A DNA stretch of 64,000 nt from Podarcis muralis. Lineage: Eukaryota. This document shows positions 53,730 to 64,000 of this stretch, piece after piece (within the stretch, counting starts at the first letter, position 1; the number at the start of each line of letters is the position of its first letter). The position numbers and the translations under genes are program-made. Where the stretch lies: assembly GCF_964188315.1 (NCBI RefSeq), contig NC_135656.1, forward strand, positions 1,860,001 through 1,924,000, read 5' to 3'. Below the pieces are notes generated by a model. It was not told where the DNA came from. It was given only the letters and a program-made list of their open reading frames with translations, and did no database searches.

Positions 53730-55904
53730 TATTGTACTTACATCTTGCCTTTCCTCTAAGGAACAACATCTGGGGGGCATCAAGCTTCCTCACCCTGGCA
53801 TACATGGCTCTCCTCCCCTATTTTATCATCACAGCAGCCCTGTGAGGCAGGTGAGACTGGGAGTGCAGCAGGCCCAAGGTCACCCAATGAGCTTCATGAT
53901 GGAGTGAGGATTTGAATCTGGATCTCCTCATCTTCAGAGGATCACAAGTAGCTGGGCTGGCAAAGGTTGATAATCCTAGGACAGATCAGTGTGGGAGGGG
54001 TTAGACTTTGGCCTGGGAGACTGGGGTTCAAGCCTCCCCACTCCCACATGAATTTCACTGGGTCAGTGGTTGTGTGGGAGGAGCTTCACACGGGATATCA
54101 GTGAAATAATAAAAAGATCAGACTGGCAAACCCCTTTCACAGATGCTGCCCAAAGTCTTTTAATTGGCCTCACTTTGGAGTAAGGGAGCAGAGGCAGAAG
54201 CCCCCCAATTTCCACCCCCACCAATTCCCAGGTTCTGAATGTGTCTTTTCCCTTTTGTTTGCAGAAGGATAAGAACAGCACTAATGATATATAAAAAAGA
54301 TCCCTTCTTCAGCGGAAATTAGAATGTAGTTTGGAAAAGACTTGCTGTGCTTTGAGGAAGCCCTTGCTTTCCTTTTCACCATGTACACACATTTATTTTG
54401 TTCCACAGGCTTTAGAGCAGCCCAGGAGAAAGAGTCTGTGACCCTGAGGGCGTTCTTGGGCTCCAGCTCCCATCAGCCCCAACCAGCCTGGCCAATGGTC
54501 AGGAATATGCGAGCTTTAGTCCAACAAACATCTAGAGGGCCAGCAGTCCCGCATCCCAGCCAGTAGGGCCAGAGGTGAGCCTCAGATGAGCACAAGCCAG
54601 CCTTCTTTCAAACTGCCTTCTTTCCTTTCAGTTGTTCAGTCGGAACAACTATGGGCAAAGAAGACTTTGCAAAAAAAATTAAAAATAGAGAGAGCTCACA
54701 GTGGCTCTTTCAGTGGAGTGACCTTTAGCTTTGGCAACTGAAATGTTTATTGTTTTAAGAAAGAAGGGTAGGATAAAACTGATCAGGCTCTACCTAGAGT
54801 CCAGCCCTGGGAAACCCTAGCTCAGATTACATCCCTGTTGGAAATTTAAGAATCTGCTTTATGCCATCAGTCTGTCTAGCCCTGTATTGTCCTACTCTGA
54901 CTGGCAGCTGCTCTCCAGGGTATTGTGCAGACAGGGAGGTTTCCCCCATCACCTGCTACCTGATTCTTCTTGCTAGAGACGCCAGGGGCTGAGTCTGGGA
55001 CCTTCTGCATGAAAGTATCATCTGCTCCGTAATAATTCAGCTATGGCCCCTGACCCAAATGTTGGGGTAAACAGAACATCTCTGAACAGATGAACAGCTG
55101 AACAGGGCAAAGGATTCTGTGTAGAGATAATTCTCTCCAAATCAGACTCCCCAGTTTGTCTGTGATCAGCCACTTGGTCACAACAAAAGCCTTTGAGCGA
55201 GACTTCCTGCTGGGGGAAAATAGTTTTTTGTTTTGTTTGGCCAAAGTCCTATCCAGAAAAGGGAAATGCTCTGTGTGTCAATGGTTTATCTGAGATTCCT
55301 GTCTTTGTGGCCCAGGATCTCAACAATCCCTGGCTTTGCTAAGTCCCATTTCTTTTCTGGATTCACTTATACACACAAACGGAATAATCATCATCATCAT
55401 CATAATACCACAAAGCAACTATGCAAAGCCTGAGTAAGGGCTGCTGCAATCCTCCCGTGTCCTTGTGCCAAATCCCCAAACCCAGGAATGGAAATTCACT
55501 TAAGGCTCCGGCATTCTCTCGAAACGAGCCAGCCAAATAAATTGTGATCCTCCTTGCCAGCTCATATGTTCCCCTATAATCCCACATACATTAGCTGCCA
55601 CTTTTATCATCACAAACTACACCACAGTTATTTGCTCTGATCAGGCCTCTAAATCAGAGAGTTCAACCAAAAGAGCTTCCCAGAGTCAAGAGGGCTGTTC
55701 AGCTGAAGCTGCCCAGTACCCAAGGCCTGGGGCATCTGAGGCAGAAAACCTCACAGGCAACTGTCCCAGGCAGTAAAAGGAGTAAAAGGGAGAAAATTAA
55801 ATAAAGAACGATCTATTTGCTACCCTTTCTGCATACTCAAAATCAGCTGCATTGAGGGGGTCACAAGGGATGACAGAGGGATTTATCAAATTTTATATGG
55901 TGGG

Positions 55905-57180
55905 GGGGGGGACCCAGGATAAAGCATAAATTATTAACTGATATTAAGGATAGAGGGGGGCTTTGTATTGCCAGACATGAAACTTTACTATGAAGCATCC
56001 TGCCTATGTTGGATAAAAGAGTGGATAATCTTGCAGAATACAGATTTATTGGATTTGGAGGGATGGGACAATAGATTTGGATGGCATGCTTACATAGGCT
56101 ATGAAAAAGTCAAAGTACACAGGAGCTTTCTAAATCATATAATAAGGAAATCATTATATACAGTGTGGGATAGGTGTAAAAACCTAGTAGAACAAAAAAC
56201 ACCTTGGTGGTTATCCCCCTAGAGGCCGTTTCAGTAAAGAGGAAAAATATGGGGGGAGGGACTGGGCAACCTATAAAGAAATATTAGAGGAGGAAGAAAA
56301 CCAATTAAAATAGAGAAAGTTTGAAGAAATCAGACATCATTTCACAGATTGGCTGCAGTACCATCAAATAAATGACATTTTAAAATTAGAAGAAAAATAT
56401 TTGCGACAGAAGTTTTAAGGTTGGGAAAAGACTTAATAGAAAATAAAAGGAAACTATCTAAAATGTATAGACTCCTGCTAGATTGGGAAGTAAAAGAGGA
56501 AGAAGTCAAGGAAGCAATGATTAAATGGTCAAAGGATTTTGGGTATACCATTCGGATGGATGCTTGGGAAAAATTATGGACTAAATTTCTAAAGTTTACT
56601 GTTTGTTACACACTAAAGGTAAACTTCATGAAAATGTTTTATAGATGGCACATGACCCCCAGCAAATTGGCAAAAATGTACAAAACAAATTTAAACATAT
56701 GCTGGAGGTGCAAACAGGCTGAGGGAACAATGTAACACATGTGGTGAGGAATTTTAAATTTTTTTCAGACAAACATTTGCAATAAGAGAAGGGTATTCCT
56801 ATACACAACAGCAGCAAGAATGTAGATTGCTAAAGATTGGAAGGGAGAGAAAACTCCAACGAGAGAAGAATGGCAGATAAAACTCTTTGAGTATTTGGAA
56901 CTTGCAAAGATGACAGAAATAATCAGGAATCAAATAAACGAAAAGTTTACAAATGAGTGGGAGCGCTATAGAGGGTACTTAAAAAAACATTGCTCCCAAA
57001 TAAAATCTTTAGTGTGCTTCGTTTAATTTTTGCAAATTGCATGAAAGATGGATAATGTATTTTATTTGATGATGGTGATTGATAAGGTGAAAAAGGATGC
57101 AGTTAAAAAAGAAAGAATGGTCCTGCAGTGAGGTAGATGGAAGTCACATTAGAAAAGTAGATGGTTATTTATTTATGATT
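55905..57180 (+). mobile_element. Degenerate L1-clade ORF2 3' fragment
   Basis: Broken ORFs (LSKMYRLLLDW...FYRWHMTPSKLAKMY...CWRC) homologous to the intron-5 L1. Boundaries approximate. Confidence 0.82.
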
Positions 57181-57482
57181 TAAAGTTACAGAGATACATG
57201 GTGTTGAATATTTTTAATAAGTAGGGGTGTTTTTTCATGATTTTTTCTTTGATGTACTCTATGATATTTTTTGATGATGAATGGAATAGATGTAATATCT
57301 AATGAAACCAATAAAGGGCCATGACAAAAGAGAGAGAGAGAGAGAGAGAGAGTCACATCACCCTGCCAAACAGTAGAGCTGGACTCGTCCACCTTCCCCC
57401 CACCCTGAATCAACAAGAAGTTGCATGATGCAGCAAATGTATTGTGTCACATAAGCTTCTGTGAGCCAGAGACCACATTATC

Positions 57483-57673
57483 TGGGGTTGCCATACGCCC
57501 GGAATTTCCCAGACACAGCTGGAATACTGCAGTCAGAAGCCGTGTCTGGGCAGAAATAGCTAAAAATGTCTGGGGAAATCCAGACATATGGCAGCTGATG
57601 TCAGGAGTCTACATTTTGGAGAATTTCCTTAAAACTAGCTCACATTTTCACTTTTTGAAATATGACAACCCTA
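57483..57673. mobile_element. hAT-type MITE with TAGGGTTGCCA-like TIR
   Basis: GGGGTTGCCA ... TGACAACCCTA; TSD only approximate. Confidence 0.5.
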
Positions 57674-59314
57674 CATCATCAGATGCATGAAATGGTCTCA
57701 AACAAGTACAGCAGGTGTGGCAAGTGGAGCCAAAAGAAAATTTAATCATTTGTTTTGGTGTTGTTTTTATAAAGGAGACCAGAGTATCATGCAATGCAAG
57801 GAATATTGGTCTGGTATGTCACAATCCTATTGGGAGCATACAGCATACATGCATCCAATCACATGAGCGCAAGATCCAATCAGTACGGGTGCCACCCACA
57901 CCAATGAGCTACTGGCATGAATAGACAGAACAAGATCCACAGGGTAATCCAGTGTTTCCCAACCTTTTTCTGACCCTGGCCCTCTTCTGACCTTGTTTCC
58001 TTCCTGTGCCCCCCCATGGGTGTAGCTAAGGGGGTAGCTCCCCCCCCATAAGTACAAATCAATAAAAAATCAATACAAATATGAGGTTCTGCCCTCCCTA
58101 ACAAAAATCCTGGCTACGTTCATGCTCCCCCCATCCTACCAGTAGAAAGGTAGCTATATAAATGTTTGGGGGGGGTTGTAAATAGAACATGTTTTATTTA
58201 TAATTTTAATAATTTATACAAAATACAATTACTTAAAATGATAGGACCATAATGAAATATTGTTGAAGCAGAAAAACATAGAACCAAGGAGCTGGAAGGG
58301 ACCCCAAGGCTCATCTTCCTAGGGCAGCCCCCCTGCAATGTAGGGAACTCAGCTGAAGCACCCGAGACAGATGGCCAGTCAACCTCTGCTTAGAAACCTC
58401 TAAAGAAGGAGAGTCCAGAATCTCCTGAGGGAGATCCATCTTCCATGTAGTATAAAAGTAAACAGCACTTATTTGACCCCAGTTATTTGACACAGAGGGG
58501 GAAATCTACAGATACAGTCCAAAAGGCACACAGGGAGTTCTGTATGTATGGGAGAATTTTTAAAAGCAAGTGGTCCGCACTGACCTGGTGCAAAAAGATC
58601 TTGTCATCCGGAGGAGCCCTGGCTGCCTAGATTAAACACTATAGCCCCCCACACCCTTACCTGGGAGTAAGGCCCACTGAAACTCACTGAACAAAAATGG
58701 AAGCTGAACCCGGGGATGGCAATACAAGTGGGTAGTGAAGACATTCTGTAAAAAGTGAGTAAACAGAGTGCTCTTATTACCCAGAAAGTATCCAGTGCAG
58801 AAGCAATCAGAAGAAGTCCTGCCAATAATAATAAAAAAGGCAACATTTGTGTCAGGAGTAGAGGGATTTTGACAGAGCTATTTGTGGAATTGCTCAGAAA
58901 ACCCAGGCTGCCCAGTCAATGAAGCCCTAAAAGATGCAGCGCAGCCACACAGGGCACTTTCCCAAGCCTTCAGGCTCTCTTGGTCACATATGGATGTCTC
59001 AGAATTGTTGGCACACTTCCACACTACCTAAAAGTGTGATACTCAGAGAATATAGGATTACTAGAAAAGTTTGTCAGTTGTGTGGGTGTTTCCCTCAAAC
59101 GCGGCAACGAGGCCAAAACTTTTTTAAAAATAGCACGCACAGAACACAAATTTCCCCAGCTCCTAATGGCCAGGTGCATTCAGAGGAGAGCTCCCTTGCC
59201 TTGAAACTCTTTCTCTGCTTGTACTTTAAGACAAGAATATTGCAAACCTATGTGCTGGTGGGGTCTGCATTTATCATAGTAAGCACGCTAAAGCCATTGC
59301 TCCTATGCAGCATC

Positions 59315-59453
59315 ACAGAATTGTAGATTTGGAAGGGACCCCTTGGGTAATCTGGTCTAGCCCCCCTCCCCGCGTTGCAACGCAGGAATCTCTTTGCCCA
59401 ACATGGGGATTGAACCCAGAACCCTGAGATGAAGAGTTTCATGCTCTACCAAT
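59315..59453 (-). mobile_element. tRNA-Lys(CTT)-derived SINE with CR1-like tail
   Basis: Minus strand TTGGTAGAGCATGAAACTCTT.ATCTCAGGGTT.TGGGTTCAATCCCCA.GTTGGGC, followed by a CR1-type 3' end. Relatives at 27062-27243. Confidence 0.7.
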
Positions 59454-60291
59454 GCTCAGAAGAGAGTTTGTTTTATCATTTATGTATTTTATTATATTTA
59501 TATCCCTCCGCTTTCCACCAAGGATGTGGAATGGCAGATAGTGACCAGCCCAAGGCTACAATCCTATACTCACTCACTTGGGAGCACTGCAGTTGATGGG
59601 ACTTATTTTAAAATAGGCATGTATATAATTGTTTTGGTTTGCGGGGTCAGTCAGGATGACATCTGTGGATCCCTTCCAGGCCTTTGAGGTTAGAATCTAC
59701 ACTGGATGGATCAGACAAGTCTCTTTGTAAGATACTGGCCAGTTAAGAGCTTCCATTTACATGTCCAAAGAGGGTTCCCTGTTGCCATACAGACCAAGGG
59801 TGGGCCTTTTCTCACCTTACCTGGCTGGATGCCACATCATCCTTGGCTGGAGAACAACAGGTGAAAAAGCTTCATGCCAGAGGAGGGATTTCAACCCAAG
59901 TCCTCTCCGGTTCTAGCCAAACACTCCACTACAATACCAATTACAAGTTGAGTGATTTAACCCCTACCCTAGATTAAATTGTAGTTGATTTGACTAACAT
60001 TTGTTGGGAATCCCAACTGGAGAGACGGGTGTTGCACTCCTGTCCTGCTTGTGTGCTTCCTCCAAGCACTGCGAGGGCAGGATGGTGCACGAGATCAATG
60101 CCTGGCCTGACACAGCAGGGCTCTTCTTGTTTTCTTAAGTTAGAACTTTTAAAAAGGAGTATGTCACTCACAGAACAGTGTGTTGCAGTTGGTCAAGGAA
60201 ATTCAAAATTTGGGGAGGAAAAATCAGGTATGGCCCCAGGTCGTGCTTTGCCAGCGTGCAAGCAATTGAATCATGAAGGGATCCGCGGGTG

Positions 60292-60472
60292 CAGTGGCGT
60301 AGCGTGGGGGGTGCAGGGGGGGGCCGGCCGCACCGGGCGCAACATCTGGGGTTAGGGCAAATCCATGGGTTAGGGGGCGCAAATCCACAGGTTAGGGGGC
60401 GCAAATCCACGGGTTAGGGGGCGCAAATTACTTGCCTTGCCCCGGGTGCTGACAACCCACGCTACGCCACTG
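60292..60472. mobile_element. hAT MITE with TTAGGG-containing repeats (second copy, inverted)
   Basis: Same 17-bp TIR; perfect 8-bp TSD CGCGGGTG; about 97% identical to the 39140 copy. Confidence 0.92.
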
Positions 60473-60725
60473 CGCGGGTGCATAGGGCCGTCTGCTTGGT
60501 TTCATTTGGGTGACAAGGAGCAGGGAAGGGGGTTAGCAAAGGGGGCAGGAAAGAGAAATAAATGGAAAGAAAGGGCTGCCCCTGCCCACCTTTGGCCCCG
60601 CCCACTTTTTACTCCAGCCCCAACCGGGAAGATTGCTAAATCCCAACCCTAGGATAGGTAGCTGTTCAGGTGGGGTCCTGCCCTAGCTAAGCAAAAGACC
60701 CACAACCCAGCAGATCAGGCCAAAG

Positions 60726-60945
60726 CAGGGAACAGCAACCTTTTCCAGCTGTGGGCCGGTTCACTGTTTTGAAGGGGAAAAATGAACAAATTCCTGTGCC
60801 CCACAAATAACCCAGAGATGCATTTTAAATAAAAGGACACATTCTACTCATGTCAAAACACGCTGATTCCTGGACCATCTGCGGGCCGGATTGAGAAGGT
60901 GAATGGCCCACATCCAGCCCATGGGCCTTAGGTTGCCTACCGCTG
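60726..60945. mobile_element. hAT (Charlie-like) MITE
   Basis: Imperfect TIR CAG...GCAACCT; perfect 8-bp TSD GGCCAAAG. Confidence 0.8.
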
Positions 60946-62165
60946 GGCCAAAGCCCTGAGTATGTGGGTCAGGGAGATGTCCCAAATCTTGCTTACTCCA
61001 CCAAGGAAAACATTCTGCATTAGCTTCATAGAGGCTCGCTTATGTCATTCATTTTGCGGGGGTGGGGATGAGCCTCCCATTTAGGACTTGGGTGCTCAAG
61101 GAGTGATCCTCAACCTAGTCATCTCTAGGCAACATGCTGCCTCCATGCTACATGCCCCAGGCAGCATTATAGGGACTCACATACACCCTGGAAAAGGAGG
61201 GCGGTGTGCAAAAAACCCAGACCATTATTTCATACTCCAAGTATTCATAATTGCTAATTCGATTCTGGGTTGAAGGGAGTTTGCTGCTCAACACTATTAT
61301 TCATCATTACTCAAAACAAAAGAACTGAAGTGTATGTCAATTATTTTTTCAGACCATCTACCTGACCCTGAAAGTTGAAATTTAGGACACATGTTAACCA
61401 AGATGCCACAATTACTCAGCAGAGTGCTGGGGAGGGCAGAGAAACTGGGGTGCTTTGGGCATCATATGGTCAGAAGGCAAGACCCAGAGCTTACTTCATT
61501 ACAGAGGTCAACACAGTGAAAGCCAAGCCATATATGGGGCAGTAGGCACACTATTTCCCCATTGCATGCTTGATGTCTTGAACCTCAGCATACCAGGAAA
61601 TAAGTCTGATGGTGCACACAGTCCCAATGCTAGAGAGGAGTCAGGAAGTCCACTTGGCTCCGGTGGGGGGTTGCTCTGACGGTGGCAGCAAGGGCTGGGG
61701 TGGCACAGCAGGCTCCATTCACCCTGCACTCTGTGCCCCCCCCCAGTGCCCACGTGCCCCCCCGGGTGCTGGCAAACCACTCAGCGCTGCTGCCTGAGGT
61801 GAGTCCCAAAGTCACAATCTAGCGGTGTTCCCAAAGCAGCCAAGCCATGGTTCATCAATGGAGAAAGATGAGCAGACACGGAGTCTCTGCCGTGCTTTTC
61901 TTTTATCCTTCCCAATTTTGATTGATGCACCAGAGTTTGGAGGGAGAGGATATGAGCTGTAGCAACGAAGAAGACATCGATGTCAAGCCATAGCTTTTGT
62001 TTGTACAACAGGATCATCTTTGGCCCCATTTCTCCCCAGGCCTGTCATTCTGCCTGGCCCCTTCACACCTTCTTTCTCTCCTGGCTTCTGAAATATATCT
62101 ATAGCTGCCCCAGAGCCAAAATTCATGGATGTTCTTCCCACAGTGAAAAAGAAATACATAAGGTG

Positions 62166-62325
62166 CCTGGGTGGAGCCAGGAATTATTTTAAGGGGTGTC
62201 AGGCTTTATGTTGGAGGGGGCAGAACCAAGTTATCTGTGAAACAATTGAGTTCAGTATTTTTATTTATTTACTTGATTTAGTGGGGCAGCTGCCCCCCCC
62301 CCCGCACCCCCTGGCTACACCCATG
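62166..62325. mobile_element. hAT MITE
   Basis: TIR C(A/C)TGGGTG(T/G)AGCCAGG; perfect 8-bp TSD ATAAGGTG. Degenerate relative at 58015-58124. Confidence 0.8.
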
Positions 62326-64000
62326 ATAAGGTGTTGCATTCTCCCTCCCCTGGGAAGAGACTGGAGTGGGGAAGAGATGGGATGCGGGAGAGAAAGTTGT
62401 TGCTCTTTCTCAGAGTATACCCCCTCAAGCACCCCCAGTGTGACTCCCTGACAACTTGTTCAGTGGCATCGCTCCTTTTGAAGAGCTGGCAGGTTGAAAT
62501 GCCGTATCCCCTTCCTTCCCTCAACATCCATCCACCAGTAGATATGAATCAGCCATTTAGTTTCAACTGGCAAGGCGCACAATATTTCACAGGGTTTCAT
62601 AGCTACCACACTGAGAATTTTGGACAGGCAGTATTGAATGCACCAGTTAAAGAATAGGTCTCTCTGGAGGGATTTGTTGGCACCCTAGACCCAGAGACAG
62701 GCAAATATCAGGCTTGTTAAATCTACTTTGTTTTTCAGTCAAACCCTCACTCCCACTGCATGATCTAGCAACCAGAGCCACACCAGACATTTAAAGCACA
62801 TTGCTTCCCCCAAAGAATTGTGCCCCCCACAGTGCCACAGTTCCTAGAACCCTTAACAAGCTATGGTTCCTGGGATTCTATGGGAGAGTGGTATGTGCTT
62901 TAAATGTACTCCAAATGTATGGCAGCTTGTGAACTGGGTTCCTCTCTCAAGCTCACCCCCAATAATCTACCACAGGGAGTTCAAGCTCCCTCCTCCCCAT
63001 TTTATTGCTGCAACAGAAGCCCCGTGAGGTAGGTTGGGCTCAGAAGGAGCAAGTGGCTCAGTGAGCTTCATAGCTAAGTGGGAATTTGAGCCCTGTCCAA
63101 TGCTCTGGCCACTCTGCCCCAGACTTGCAAAAATGAATGAATGATCAGGGCTCTCTGGCCTTTGCCCACAGACCTTCCCAGCAGCCACAAGCCCTTCCTT
63201 AGCTATTTTTTAAGAGTTAGCAACCCTAATTCTAGAGCTCAGCTCACTGGCAGAGCCATTGGGGATGGGGATCCTGTGGCTCTCTAGATGTTGTTGGATT
63301 ACGAGTTCTATTATTCATACCACTGGCAGCCTGGCTGTGGCCAAGGCCTCCTCTTTACTCTGGCTTTTGACACCTGAGGGGGGGGGGGAGAGAGGTTTTA
63401 GGATGCACCTTCTTTCTGTGACTGTAAGTTGTTTTCAACTGTTCTCATCATTGTGCTTTAAAACATCTGCAGGGCCACTCTCTGATTTAAGGCATTTCTT
63501 ACTTGAAATTAAAGAGCTCAACGTTTGTTTGCTTCCCTCTCCCTCTTCCTCCCTCCCCAACCCCACCCCTGCTGCCACCTTCAACCTGGACCTTTATTCT
63601 CTGGTTGTCTCAAAAATGAGATGTTAAACGGACAAGCCACCTCCTTCTGCAGGAGCAGACTTCAGGTGTCAAAAGCCTGGAGAGAAAGAAGGCGCCAGCA
63701 GGCAGGCGCTGCACCTGCGAGTGACATGGGAAACGTGGTTTGCCTTTTGATCTGATAAGCGCCCACACTGCAGGTGCAGAGCGGGAAAAGTGAGAGGCAG
63801 GCTTGGGGTTTTTGCATTTTCTCCCCCATGTAACTGCTTCCTGCCTCATTGCTTTCCTTTAACCCTCACAGCACCAAGCAGGTAAGGGATGTAGGCTGTA
63901 CACTGCAGGGACTACAGGTCAGGGTTAAAAATGCAAGAACAAAGCTGTTGGGTCAGTTGTGGGGCCATCTAGTCCAGAAGCCTCTTTCCAATCTTGGCTG

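Noticed and set aside
58604-58846. Signal-peptide-like ORF MLPFLLLLAGLLLIASA
   Set aside because: The Leu run comes from an (AAT)n/A-rich tract; the implied 35-nt intron is too short and there is no downstream domain.

Overview
Vertebrate genomic DNA from a squamate reptile (Sauria SINEs, BovB and Penelope-like fragments; a lacertid lizard is my inference, not proven). 2.9-15.2 kb: a complete six-exon retinol dehydrogenase 8 gene (+ strand, 316 aa, all splice phases consistent). 20.8-36.7 kb: a replication-dependent histone cluster of eight intronless genes, in order H4(-), H2B(-), H2A(+), H3.2(+), H2A(-), H4(+), H2A(-), H2B(+). Each has a 3' stem-loop and a purine-rich downstream element; there is no H1. 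The rest is repeat-rich (CR1, L2, L1, BovB, Sauria and tRNA-Lys-derived SINEs, hAT and Tc1/mariner MITEs, two solo LTRs, Penelope-like termini), and I recognise no protein gene after 37 kb. Most notable: a minimal hammerhead ribozyme inside the histone cluster; a mirror-image cluster layout with near-identical coding sequences but unrelated flanks; an orphan H2B promoter half with no gene; two N-runs that are exact 45-codon masks of H2A rather than gaps; and a young hAT MITE carrying TTAGGG-containing repeats. All counts and alignments were done by hand; no database was searched.
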